DNA of 64,000 bases from an uncultured Desulfatitalea sp. (GCA_963668675.2 CAXXMB010000002.1:1248001-1312000), one strand, 5' to 3'; shown: positions 20,866-30,833, counted from the stretch's first letter. The notes: a model not told the origin generated them from the letters alone. Numbers and translations: made by a program.

Positions 20866-20881
20866 TGCAATATTCTTGCCA
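20866..20881 (-). promoter_or_regulatory. Sigma54 (-24/-12) promoter
   Basis: TGGCAAGAATATTGCA against consensus TGGCAC-N5-TTGCW; AT-rich upstream region with palindromes at 20974-20983 and 21088-21102. Confidence 0.75.
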
Positions 20882-21225
20882 CATATATAAAAAAGTGGCA
20901 TTTAAAACCCATTATATTCCTTATTCCTTTTATTACAGAAGGTTATAATTTTATTGGCTGCAAGAAAATCATGTGTCCGGACATCGAGAACGAAGCAGAA
21001 CTATATTGGAAGTTTAAATTAATGAACCTGAGAAAACCAAAATATTCTTTAACATACTATAATTTATGGTTATTAATAAAATTACGCAAATGTTCAACAT
21101 TTTGAACCAAAACAGAACCGACTGGGAAGAAAACTACCTTACTTCTTGCTTTTTATACCTATTTAGCGTTCAGGCTTGTGAACCAAATACCATACGCCCC
21201 AGAACTACACCTACCATTTTGAGCG

Positions 21226-21609
21226 TCACACAGCGGGCGCCTTATCGAGCAATCGTCTGATTTCGGCCAGCAGATCGGCATTGGAGAACGGCTTGGTGAT
21301 ATAGGCATCCACCCCCAGATTCAACCCTTTGGCGATATCCACATCCCGGTTTTTGGCCGTAAGGCAGATCACCTTGATATCATCCCACAGCGGGTTCTGG
21401 CGAATGATCTGAAAAATCTCATAACCATCCAGATCCGGAAGCATGATGTCCAGAAGGATGAGGTCAGGCTTGTTTTTAGCGATGGCGTCAAATGCATCCT
21501 TGCCACTCTGGGCCAGTGCAACGTTGAAGCTGTTCTTCTCCAGCAGGAATTTAAGCGGCACCAGGATGCTGATCTCATCATCAACGATCAAAATGGTAGG
21601 TGGCTTCAT
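21226..21609 (-). CDS. Single-domain response regulator
   Basis: ILIVDD, LLDIMLP, LTAK, YITKPF; ATG 21609. Confidence 0.9.
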   Translation of the reverse strand: MKPPTILIVDDEISILVPLKFLLEKNSFNVALAQSGKDAFDAIAKNKPDLILLDIMLPDLDGYEIFQIIRQNPLWDDIKVICLTAKNRDVDIAKGLNLGVDAYITKPFSNADLLAEIRRLLDKAPAV

Positions 21610-21850
21610 CACTTTTTCTTTTTGACAGAGGCATGGACCCATCGGGAACCCACCGCCAGGCGGCCTGTACGTTTGACTCCATGGCCCAATTAAACTATGC
21701 TCAGCATAAATAACGTTAAAAATATCAAAAAAATCTTGTGAATACAATTCATATTTTCTCTAACCATTCATTACGCTATGGCCGCAGCCTCGCCACCACC
21801 CGCGGCAATCTCAGCACAGCAACGGGCGAGCCGGCTATGGAGGCGAACCG

Positions 21851-22057
21851 ATGAAGAGCGGTGGTGTCCGCAATAAACGCTTTGCCTATCTGTTCCTCTT
21901 GGGTGTGCTGGCCTTCAACTACCCACTGCTTTCGCTCTTTGATGCACCGTTGATGATCATGGGCATTCCCTTGCTCTATGCCTATATCTTTTTTGTTTGG
22001 CTCCTGCTGATTGTACTGGTGGGCGTGACAGCCAAATCCGGCCCACAGGGGATGTAG
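21851..22057 (+). CDS. Small two-TM membrane protein preceding the SSS-kinase
   Basis: GGAGG RBS; FNYPLLSLF...GIPLLYAYIFFVW; resembles the small partners of SSS proteins. Confidence 0.7.
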   Translation: MKSGGVRNKRFAYLFLLGVLAFNYPLLSLFDAPLMIMGIPLLYAYIFFVWLLLIVLVGVTAKSGPQGM

Positions 22058-22106
22058 CTCCTGGCAGCATCGCCAGGTTTGCCAACTCAATCCAATGCGG
22101 ACGGCC

Positions 22107-24842
22107 ATGCTGGCGACTGAAACGATACTCTTTGTATCCATCTGCTATATCGGTATGCTGTTCGCCATCGCATATTATGGCGACAAAAGGGCCGATGCAG
22201 GTCGCAGCATCATCAACAGCCCCTACGTTTACGCCCTCTCCATGGCGGTCTACTGCACCGCCTGGACCTTCTACGGCAGTGTCGGGCGGGCGGTCCGTTT
22301 CGGGCCGGCCTTCCTGGCCATCTACATCGGCCCCACCCTCATGGTCACCCTGGGATGGTTGGTACTGAGGAAAATCCTGCGTATCAGCCGCGCCCACCGC
22401 ATCACCTCCATCGCCGATTTCATCGCCTCACGATACGGCAAAAGCATCCTGCTTGGCGGCGTGGTGACGGTGATCGCCGTGCTGGGTATCGTGCCCTACA
22501 TCTCGCTTCAGCTCAAAGCCATCTCCACCAGTTTTCAAATTTTCAGCAGTCATCAGGAGGGCGGCGAAATGGTCCGGCGGATGCCCTTTTTTCAGGACAC
22601 CGCCTTTTATGTCGCCTTCCTGCTGGCCGCATTCGCTGTTTTGTTCGGAACGCGCAAACCCGAGGCGACCGAGCGGCATGAGGGGCTGGTGGCGGCCATC
22701 GCCCTGGAATCCATCGTCAAACTGATCGCATTTCTGGCGGCGGGCCTGTTCGTCACCTACGTGCTGTTCGACGGTTTCGGCGACCTCTTTGCCAAGGCTG
22801 CGGCCCATGGCGGTATGCGCGATCTGTTTACCTTCTCGCGCAATGGGGGCGACGCCTATATGGATTGGACCGTCTACATTGTGCTGAGCATGCTGGCCAT
22901 TGTCCTGCTGCCGCGCCAATTTCAGATCACGGTGATCGAAAATGTAGACGAAGACCATCTTCGAAAAGCGATCTGGCTCTTTCCGCTCTATATGCTGGCC
23001 ATCAATCTCTTTGTCCTGCCGGTGGCCCTGGCCGGAATGCTCCACTTTTCCGGGCAGTCCGTGGATGCCGACACCTTCGTGCTTAAACTGCCTCTGGCCA
23101 ACGGGCAGAAGGTGTTGAGCATGCTGGTCTTTATCGGCGGGATGTCGGCGGCCACCGGCATGGTGATCGTCGAGACCATTGCGCTCTCCACCATGATCTG
23201 CAACGACCTGGTGATGCCGCTGCTGCTGCACCTGCAGCCGCTGAAGCTGGCCAGGCGCACCGACCTGAGCACCTGGCTGATCGCCATTCGCCACGCCGCT
23301 ATCGTGGTGGTGATTCTGCTCGGCTATATCTATTTCCACCTCACTGCTGAGTTCTACACCCTCGTCTCCATCGGCCTGGTCTCGTTTGCCGCGGTGGCGC
23401 AGTTCGCCCCCGCCCTGTTCGGTGGCATATTCTGGAAGGGCGGCACCCAAAAGGGCGCACTATGGTCCATGGCGGTAGGCTTCCTCATCTGGGGCTATAC
23501 CCTGGTGTTGCCGTCGCTCGCGGCCGCCGGTATCCTGCCCCACTCGTTCATCGAAGAGGGCCCCTGGGGGTTGAGCTGGCTGAAACCGTTCTCGCTGTTC
23601 GGACTGCAGGGCCTGGACCGCGTGGCCCACGCCGTGGTCTGGAGTCTAATGGCCAATACGGTCACCTATGTGGGCGTATCACTGTTCGACAAACCATCGG
23701 CACTCGAGCACACCCAGGCCACCATGTTCGTCGATGTGTTTCGCTTCTCAGGTGAGACTGAAGAGTCACTGGTGTGGCGCGGCACTGCCATGATTCCCGA
23801 TATTAAATCCCTTCTGGAGCGCTTTCTGGGGCGGGATCGGACAGAAGAGGCCCTGGCCCAGTATGCTGAGAGCCGCAACATGGATTGGGGGCTCACGCTC
23901 AAGGCGGATTCCGGCTTCGTCACCCACGCGGAGAAGCTGCTGGCCGGCGCCATCGGATCTGCTTCGGCGCGGGTCATGGTTTCATCAGTGGTCAAGGAGG
24001 AGCCGCTGGGGGTTCAGGAGGTGATGGACATCCTCGACGAAACCCGCCAGGTCATCATCTACAGCAGGGAGCTAGAGACGGTCACGGCCGGACTCAAGGC
24101 AGCCAATGAAAGGCTCAAGGAGTTGGACCGGCTCAAGGACGAGTTTATCTCCACCGTCTCCCACGAACTGAGGACCCCGTTGACCTCCATCCGCTCCATC
24201 GCCGAAATCCTGAGGGACTATCCCGAAACCAACGCCATGGAGCAAAGGGAGTTTCTCGAAATCATGATCAACGAGATCCACCGCCTCTCCCGCCTGATCA
24301 ATCAGGTGCTCGATTTCCAGAAGATCGAGTCGGGCAAGATGCAGTGGCAGATCGAACCGGTGGACATGATCCAGGTGACCCAAGCCGCTGCAAATGCCAC
24401 CCGTCAATTGATCAACGAGAAGCGAATCCGCCTGACACTTGATCTGCCGCAAACGGTTCCCAGCCTGGCCGGGGATCGCGATCAACTGATCCAGGCCATG
24501 GTCAATCTGATCTCCAATGCGGTCAAATTTTGCCCTCTGGAACAGGGCAAAATCAGCATCCGGCTCGTCTACGGCCGTCAGCAACTCGAGATAAGCGTAA
24601 CAGACAACGGCATCGGCATCCGGCCCGAAGATCACCACACCGTTTTCGAACAGTTTCGCCAGATCACCCAGTCCACCGATCGCGGACGCCCCCAGGGCAG
24701 TGGTTTGGGGCTGGCCATCACCAAACGCATTATCGAGTACCACAAAGGCCGCATCTGGGTGGAGAGCGCATTGGGCGAGGGGGCCACGTTTCACTTCTCA
24801 CTGCCAGTGCTGCCGCCCATCGAAAAACTGCAAACCGGTTAG
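22107..24842 (+). CDS. Na+/solute symporter-STAC-histidine kinase (CrbS/MxtR/CbrA-like)
   Basis: YCTAWTFYGSVG and LPRQF SLC5 motifs; STAC-like AEKLLAGAIGSASAR; SHELRTPL; NLISNAVKF; GSGLGL. Confidence 0.9.
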   Translation: MLATETILFVSICYIGMLFAIAYYGDKRADAGRSIINSPYVYALSMAVYCTAWTFYGSVGRAVRFGPAFLAIYIGPTLMVTLGWLVLRKILRISRAHRITSIADFIASRYGKSILLGGVVTVIAVLGIVPYISLQLKAISTSFQIFSSHQEGGEMVRRMPFFQDTAFYVAFLLAAFAVLFGTRKPEATERHEGLVAAIALESIVKLIAFLAAGLFVTYVLFDGFGDLFAKAAAHGGMRDLFTFSRNGGDAYMDWTVYIVLSMLAIVLLPRQFQITVIENVDEDHLRKAIWLFPLYMLAINLFVLPVALAGMLHFSGQSVDADTFVLKLPLANGQKVLSMLVFIGGMSAATGMVIVETIALSTMICNDLVMPLLLHLQPLKLARRTDLSTWLIAIRHAAIVVVILLGYIYFHLTAEFYTLVSIGLVSFAAVAQFAPALFGGIFWKGGTQKGALWSMAVGFLIWGYTLVLPSLAAAGILPHSFIEEGPWGLSWLKPFSLFGLQGLDRVAHAVVWSLMANTVTYVGVSLFDKPSALEHTQATMFVDVFRFSGETEESLVWRGTAMIPDIKSLLERFLGRDRTEEALAQYAESRNMDWGLTLKADSGFVTHAEKLLAGAIGSASARVMVSSVVKEEPLGVQEVMDILDETRQVIIYSRELETVTAGLKAANERLKELDRLKDEFISTVSHELRTPLTSIRSIAEILRDYPETNAMEQREFLEIMINEIHRLSRLINQVLDFQKIESGKMQWQIEPVDMIQVTQAAANATRQLINEKRIRLTLDLPQTVPSLAGDRDQLIQAMVNLISNAVKFCPLEQGKISIRLVYGRQQLEISVTDNGIGIRPEDHHTVFEQFRQITQSTDRGRPQGSGLGLAITKRIIEYHKGRIWVESALGEGATFHFSLPVLPPIEKLQTG

Positions 24843-24955
24843 AGCCTCCCGTTTATCCCCGGAAGCATTTCTGGTATGGTGCAGGGGCGAACTTTGCTGA
24901 ACCAGCCGGCATGGACCCAACAAGCGACCCGAATCACACAGAGAGAGGAGACCCT

Positions 24956-26125
24956 TTGGCGACACCTCCCATAGTAGAAGGCACCTGTGAAAAACAGTTC
25001 TCCGGGGTAAAAGAGAGGTTCGAAGCCCACCTGCGCGACGGCCGGGAGATCGGTGCCGCCGTTGCGGCGACCATGCACGGCCGCATGGTGGTGGACCTTT
25101 GGGGTGGCCATATGGATCGCCGGCAAACCCGTCCCTGGCGACCGGACACGCTGGTCAATCTCTACTCGACCACCAAGGGGATGACCGCCACCTGTGTGCA
25201 ACGCCTGATCGATAAGAAACAGTTGTCTCCCGACCAACGTGTTGCTCACTACTGGCCCGAATTTTCCCAGAACGGCAAAGACGAAATCACGATTCGTCAG
25301 TTGTTGTGCCACCAGGCCGGGCTGCCTGCCATATCCATGCCCCTCGCCCCGGAGTCGGTTTTCGACTGGGAGACGATGACCGATGCCTTGGCCGCCCAAA
25401 AACCATGGTGGCCGCCAGGCACCCGGCACGGGTACCATGCACGCACCTTCGGCTGGCTGCTCGGCGAACTGGTCCGGCGCGTTACCGGCAAAACGGTGGG
25501 GGCCTATTTCAGCGACGAAATCGCGCGCCCGCTTGGGCTCGACTTCCACATCGGCCTGGCGAGCGGCCAGCACCACAGGGTCGCCCCGATCACAAAGGTC
25601 CCTGCACCGCCGCCCGGGGCGAAACCCAATCTCGCAGATATCTTCATGAACCAGCCTGATGCATTGACCACCAAAGCGTTCACCAACCCCAACATCTACC
25701 GGCTGGGAGATGTGGCCAACTCGGCAGCCTGGCGCAGCGCGGAGATTCCCTCCTCCAATGGCCACGGCACCGCAAGGGATCTGGCCCGGCTTTACGGCGC
25801 CCTGGCCTGTGGCGGCAGCGTCGACGGCATCCGCATTCTGAGCCCGGAACGCATTGAAGAGATGGCTGTCGACCAGGCACGGGGCGACGATGCCGTCCTG
25901 CTGACCGAGACGCGCTTCTGCATGGGATTTATGAAGTCTGTTCCCGGCGCGTCCATGGGGCCCAACGACAACGCCTTCGGCCATCCCGGGACCGGCGGAT
26001 CGGTGGGGTTTGCCGACCCGGAGACGGGCGTGGGATTCGGCTACGTGATGAATAAGTGCGGCGCGTCCATTCTGATCGACGAGCGACCGGCGGCCCTCAT
26101 GAATGCACTCTATAAGGCCCTTTAG
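24956..26125 (+). CDS. Serine hydrolase, beta-lactamase-fold esterase family
   Basis: STTK catalytic motif, LLCHQAGL, HGYH, FGHPGTGGS; TTG 24956 after GAGGAG (alternative ATG 24911). Confidence 0.88.
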   Translation: MATPPIVEGTCEKQFSGVKERFEAHLRDGREIGAAVAATMHGRMVVDLWGGHMDRRQTRPWRPDTLVNLYSTTKGMTATCVQRLIDKKQLSPDQRVAHYWPEFSQNGKDEITIRQLLCHQAGLPAISMPLAPESVFDWETMTDALAAQKPWWPPGTRHGYHARTFGWLLGELVRRVTGKTVGAYFSDEIARPLGLDFHIGLASGQHHRVAPITKVPAPPPGAKPNLADIFMNQPDALTTKAFTNPNIYRLGDVANSAAWRSAEIPSSNGHGTARDLARLYGALACGGSVDGIRILSPERIEEMAVDQARGDDAVLLTETRFCMGFMKSVPGASMGPNDNAFGHPGTGGSVGFADPETGVGFGYVMNKCGASILIDERPAALMNALYKAL

Positions 26126-26175
26126 GTCTGGCGAAGCCACCGCATCGGCCAGGCCCGAAACCAAAGGAACTGCGC

Positions 26176-27102
26176 ATGAAACCAAAATGGGCGATCCTTC
26201 TCTTTCTAACTGCCATTTGTCTCTCCTGCGCCTCCGGGCCTGCCCCGGAACGGAACCCCAAACATCTCCGTGAAGGCATCTATTACCACAACAAAGGCGC
26301 GGAGCTCTTCACCAAAGGGTGCTACCAAAGGGCCATGGCCTATTTCCAGGATAGCCATCAAATCTACGTCGCCGCCGATGAGCAGGCCGGTGTGGCGCGA
26401 GCGCTCAACAGCATTGCCGATACCTATTTCCGCATAGGCGACATGCAGAGCGCTCTGCTGGTGTATGGCGACGCCATCGCACTGTCGGAAAGTGAAAAAA
26501 TGGACGTGGAACTGGTGCGTGCCCTGAGCAACAAAGCGGCCGCACTGCTCGCACTGCACCGGACGGAGGACGCCGCAGCCGCCCTTGATCGAGCAGGAAA
26601 GATAGTGAATAAGCGCTGGCAGGAGGCGCTCTATCTTAAAACCCGCGCACTTCTACTGATGGAAGAGAAGAATCCACAGCAGGCGAAAACGCTCCTCGAA
26701 AACGCACTGGATGCGCCCGGAGGGGGAAAAAACGGTATTGCCAACAGCATCTACTTCTCCATGGGACGCCTGCTCTTGCAGTCCGACCAACCGGAGAGAG
26801 CCAGAACGCGCTTCGAACAAGCGCTGACCCTCGACAGCAAGAAAGCATGCCATCACGACATTGCCCGGGATCTGGAGGCGATCGCCATAACCCATGCTGC
26901 TGTCGGCGAACATGCCGATGCTGTCCGATATTATAAGCGCAGCGTTAAAATCTATGCGCTCTTAAAGGATGAACGAGGAACAAAAACGGTTGTTTCGAAG
27001 ATGAGGAGAAGCGCCGCCCAGGCCAGTATCGACATTCAGATGACCCTGCAATGGGTTCAGACGTGGCTTACGGATAAATCGGCCAGCGCCATCTGCGATT
27101 GA
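26176..27102 (+). CDS. Tetratricopeptide-repeat lipoprotein
   Basis: Lipobox-like CLSC; TPR helices (ARALNSIA, VRALSNKA, IARDLEAIA). Confidence 0.8.
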   Translation: MKPKWAILLFLTAICLSCASGPAPERNPKHLREGIYYHNKGAELFTKGCYQRAMAYFQDSHQIYVAADEQAGVARALNSIADTYFRIGDMQSALLVYGDAIALSESEKMDVELVRALSNKAAALLALHRTEDAAAALDRAGKIVNKRWQEALYLKTRALLLMEEKNPQQAKTLLENALDAPGGGKNGIANSIYFSMGRLLLQSDQPERARTRFEQALTLDSKKACHHDIARDLEAIAITHAAVGEHADAVRYYKRSVKIYALLKDERGTKTVVSKMRRSAAQASIDIQMTLQWVQTWLTDKSASAICD

Positions 27103-27159
27103 TACCCTGATGTGACTTATACTCTCAACTCTCGGTTATGAGCAAACCCCAAATAATGA

Positions 27160-27339
27160 GGTGGGTCCAGTGGGTGGTCTGCACCTGGTCAGCATTGCAT
27201 GTTAGCGCCGCTTAGCGGCAGTGGAGGACCAGCGGCCCGGACTGTTTGAGCGAACGCGAGTTTCCGGGCCGCCCGGAACTGACGCTTAGCGGCACTTGCA
27301 TGCGTTTGCTTCAGGTGCAGACCACCCACTGGACCCACC
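27160..27339. repeat. 180-bp nested palindromic element (MITE/REP-like)
   Basis: Perfect 28-bp outer inverted repeat (27160-27187/27312-27339) plus inner stems including GCGGCCCGGA/TCCGGGCCGC. Confidence 0.85.
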
Positions 27340-27362
27340 GGATTAAAAATCCAAACGTCGAG

Positions 27363-28076
27363 TTATACTTCCAAATACTTCGCCTTTGCTTCAGGATTGT
27401 CCTCAAGCTCGCCCACAGTACCGGTAAATCCCAGGTGGGCCTTTCCCATGAGATAGACGCGCTGGGCAACGGACATGGCCACTTTCAGGTTGTGCTCCAC
27501 CAGCAAGATGGCGATGCCCGATTTGGAGATCTTGCGCAACACATCACGCACCTCTTTGACCATGATCGGAGACAACCCCTCGGTGGGCTCGTCGACCATG
27601 AGCAGTTTGGGGTTGCCCATCAAGGTGCGACCGATGGTGAGCATCTGCTGCTCGCCGCCGGACAGATGCGCTCCCCTCTGGTGGGTGCGCTCTTTCATGA
27701 ACGGGAAGTGCTCGAAGATCTTCTCGATGGTCCAGGTGTCGGGGTCGGACATATTGACCTTGCCCCCCTTGACCCCCATCATCAGGTTGTCCAGTACGGA
27801 TAGCGTCGGAAAAATACGCCGCTCTTCGGGCACATAGCCGATGCCGGCCTTGGCGATCTTATACGGGGCTTGGCCTGTGATCTCTTTACCATTAAAAATG
27901 ATGGTGCCGGATTTGGGCTTAAGCAGCCCCATGATACTTTTTAACGTGGTGCTTTTGCCCATGCCGTTTCTGCCGAGCAGGGCCACCACCTCTCCCGCGT
28001 TAACCTCCAAAGACATGTTCTGCAACGCGTGGCTCTGGCCGTAGTAAGTGTTTATGTCGCTCACTTGAAGCAGCAT
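27363..28076 (-). CDS. livF: Branched-chain-type ABC transporter ATPase
   Basis: GRNGMGKST, LSGGEQQML, DEPTEGL. Confidence 0.9.
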   Translation of the reverse strand: MLLQVSDINTYYGQSHALQNMSLEVNAGEVVALLGRNGMGKSTTLKSIMGLLKPKSGTIIFNGKEITGQAPYKIAKAGIGYVPEERRIFPTLSVLDNLMMGVKGGKVNMSDPDTWTIEKIFEHFPFMKERTHQRGAHLSGGEQQMLTIGRTLMGNPKLLMVDEPTEGLSPIMVKEVRDVLRKISKSGIAILLVEHNLKVAMSVAQRVYLMGKAHLGFTGTVGELEDNPEAKAKYLEV

Positions 28077-28078
28077 GC

Positions 28079-28825
28079 TTAATCCTCCATCTCACCCAGG
28101 TAGGCTGCCTGAACTTCATCGTTTTGCTGGATCTCATCGGGGCTGCCGGTGGCCAGGACCGTGCCGTGGTGCAGCACGGTGATGCGATCGGCCAAAGAGA
28201 AGACCACCTCCATGTCGTGCTCGATGATCACCGTGGTCTTGCCTTCGGTCAGCCGCCTGATCAGCTCCACGGCGTAGTGGGTCTCATCGACCGACATCCC
28301 GGCAGTGGGCTCATCGAGCATGACCAGCTCCGGGTTGGTGGCAAGCGACATGCTGATCTCCAAAGAGCGGTGCTTGCCGTACGACAGGTTGCCGGCCAGG
28401 GTGAAGCGATCGTCGAACAGGTTGATGCGCTTTAGGATCTCCACGGTGTCGCGGGTCACCTCGTCCATCTTGTCCACGTAGCGAAACAGGTTGAAACGGA
28501 TGCCTTTTTGCGACATCACGGCCAGGCGGATGTTTTGAAAGGCCGTCAGGCGATCGAAGGTGCTGGTGATCTGAAACGATCGCCCCATGCCCCGTCGCTG
28601 GATCCGGCACGGGCCTTTGCCGGTGATGTTTTTGCTTTTAAAGTAAACTCCGCCCTGGCTGGGGGTGTAGGTGCCGGTGATGGTGTTGAACAGGGTGGTT
28701 TTGCCGGCGCCGTTGGGCCCGATGATCGCGTGGCGTTCGCCGGCGGCGACCTTAAGGTTCACATCCATCAGCACCTTTAATCCGTCGAAGTCGTGCGATA
28801 AACTTCTGGTCTCTAGAATATTCAC
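28079..28825 (-). CDS. livG: Branched-chain-type ABC transporter ATPase
   Basis: GPNGAGKTT, LSYG, DEPTAGM, AYLG. Confidence 0.9.
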   Translation of the reverse strand: MNILETRSLSHDFDGLKVLMDVNLKVAAGERHAIIGPNGAGKTTLFNTITGTYTPSQGGVYFKSKNITGKGPCRIQRRGMGRSFQITSTFDRLTAFQNIRLAVMSQKGIRFNLFRYVDKMDEVTRDTVEILKRINLFDDRFTLAGNLSYGKHRSLEISMSLATNPELVMLDEPTAGMSVDETHYAVELIRRLTEGKTTVIIEHDMEVVFSLADRITVLHHGTVLATGSPDEIQQNDEVQAAYLGEMED

Positions 28826-28839
28826 GCGAGCTCCTCCCC

Positions 28840-29811
28840 TTAAGCTGCTCGTTTGGCCACAAAGCGCATGCGAAGATAGGTCATAAAGCCGGTAAAGCCG
28901 TAGGGTGCGTACATGATCACCAGCACGAGCACCAGTCCAAGCACCAGCTCCACCCGGTCGGTAAAGCGGCTGGTGAACTCATCGAGCAGGCCGAAGATAG
29001 CGGCGCCGAAGATGGGGCCAAAAAACTGGCCCACGCCACCCACCATGGTCATCATCACGGGAATAAACGAGGTTAGGATACCGTAGGCGTCGTAGGCGGC
29101 CACTAGGTTCTGGAACATGGCGTAGATGCTGCCGGCGATGCCGGCAAAGCCGCCGGAGATGATGTAGACCACCGCTGTGGTGTGGGGCACCTTAAAGCCC
29201 AGGTAGTCGACCCGTTTGGCGTTGTCGCGCACGGCTACCATGATCTGCCCGAAGGGGGTTTTGGTAAAAAACCACAGCAGCCAGAGACTGACTGCGATCA
29301 CGGCGATGGCAAAGTAGAAGAACAGGATCGGATCGGTCATCTCCAGCGAAAACAGGCCCGGGATCGAAAGCGGCGGGATATCGAACCCGCCGATGCCGTC
29401 TTCACCGCCTGTGATATTGCGCAATTTGAGTGCCAGCACGAACATCAACTGCCCGAAGGCCAGGTGCATCATGGCAAAGGCGTGGCTGCTGACGCGCACG
29501 ACCAGCGGGGCGATGATCACGGCCAGCAGGACGGCGGATAAAAAACCGATGAGAAGTGCCGGGATCAGGGGAAGCCCTTCGATGTGCGACAGTGCCAGGG
29601 CAGTGGCGTATGCGCCGGTGCCAAAGTACATGGCGTGGCCGAAGCTGAGCAGGCCGGTGTAGCCAAGCAGCAGGTTCAAACTGACGGCATAAAGGGCGTA
29701 GATGGCGAATGTGACGAAGATATTGGAATAGTAGATACCAAACAGTTGGGGGTAGAGCAGCAGGAAGATTGTGCCTGCGGCCCACAGGACCCATTTTTGC
29801 TTTTGGTTCAT
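28840..29811 (-). CDS. livM: Branched-chain-type ABC permease
   Basis: LNLLLGYTGLLSFGHA, TGGEDG. Confidence 0.88.
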   Translation of the reverse strand: MNQKQKWVLWAAGTIFLLLYPQLFGIYYSNIFVTFAIYALYAVSLNLLLGYTGLLSFGHAMYFGTGAYATALALSHIEGLPLIPALLIGFLSAVLLAVIIAPLVVRVSSHAFAMMHLAFGQLMFVLALKLRNITGGEDGIGGFDIPPLSIPGLFSLEMTDPILFFYFAIAVIAVSLWLLWFFTKTPFGQIMVAVRDNAKRVDYLGFKVPHTTAVVYIISGGFAGIAGSIYAMFQNLVAAYDAYGILTSFIPVMMTMVGGVGQFFGPIFGAAIFGLLDEFTSRFTDRVELVLGLVLVLVIMYAPYGFTGFMTYLRMRFVAKRAA

Positions 29812-30683
29812 TCTTCCTTTTCTCCAAACAGTCCATGGGGTTTGATGGCCAGTGCTACGGCCATAAATACGAACATCAGCACGGCAGCGTACTGTGATAG
29901 AAACTGAACGCCGTATGAGCTGATCAACCCGCCGATAATCGACACCAAAAAGGCGCCGCTGATACTGCCGAAGCCGCCGACCACCACGACGATAAAGGCG
30001 TCTAAGCCCATCTGGTCGGCCAGCCCGGGAAACACGGTCAATATCGGGGCGATGGCCACGCCGGCCACGCCGGCCATCCAGGTGCCGACACCGAACACGA
30101 GCATGAACACCAGCGGCACGTTGATGCCCAGGGCGTTGACCATCTCGGCGTCTGAGACGGCGGCAAGTACAATTTTGCCCAGGCGCGTCTTGTAAAGCAC
30201 CAGGGACAAAATCAGCAGCAGGGCCAGCGCCATGGCGATGATAAACAGTCGGTAGATGGGGTATTCCATACCACCGATCCGCACCAGCCCTTCAAGGATG
30301 GGTGGCATCTTGAGCGGCAAGCTCTCGGTGCCCCAGATGGCCTTGACACCGTCCAGAACAATCAGCGACACGCCTACGGTGAGGATCAGCTCGCCCATGT
30401 GGCCGGAGGCGTGCACTTTTTTGAGCAAAAAGCGCTCCATCAAGATACCGAATACAGCTGTGATCACCGGTGCAAAAATCAGCGCCATCCAGAAGCTGCC
30501 GGTCCAGGCGACCATCTGGTATCCGAAATAGGCCGAGAGCATGAAAAAGGCCGCATGGGCCAAATTGAGCACCCCCATCATGCCGAAGATCAGCGTCAGC
30601 CCCGATGCCACTAAAAACAGTATCATCCCATAAGCCAGACCGTGGATCCCCTGGGCCACGTACATCGCAGCGGATGCATCCAT
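29808..30683 (-). CDS. livH: Branched-chain-type ABC permease
   Basis: GLTLIFGMMGVLNLAH, VVVGGFGS; ATG 30683 after AAGGAG. Confidence 0.88.
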   Translation of the reverse strand: MDASAAMYVAQGIHGLAYGMILFLVASGLTLIFGMMGVLNLAHAAFFMLSAYFGYQMVAWTGSFWMALIFAPVITAVFGILMERFLLKKVHASGHMGELILTVGVSLIVLDGVKAIWGTESLPLKMPPILEGLVRIGGMEYPIYRLFIIAMALALLLILSLVLYKTRLGKIVLAAVSDAEMVNALGINVPLVFMLVFGVGTWMAGVAGVAIAPILTVFPGLADQMGLDAFIVVVVGGFGSISGAFLVSIIGGLISSYGVQFLSQYAAVLMFVFMAVALAIKPHGLFGEKEE

Positions 30684-30833
30684 AATCTTGTACTCCTTGA
30701 ACCTGTTGAGAAACCGGTGGCTCACCTGTAGATCATGGCCAGGTGAGCCACCGTATCGATGTCTCGATGCTTTTTTCTTACCGCCTGGCGTGCTGCCAGA
30801 CAGGTGACGTATACTTCCGAGCGATGGGTAGAT

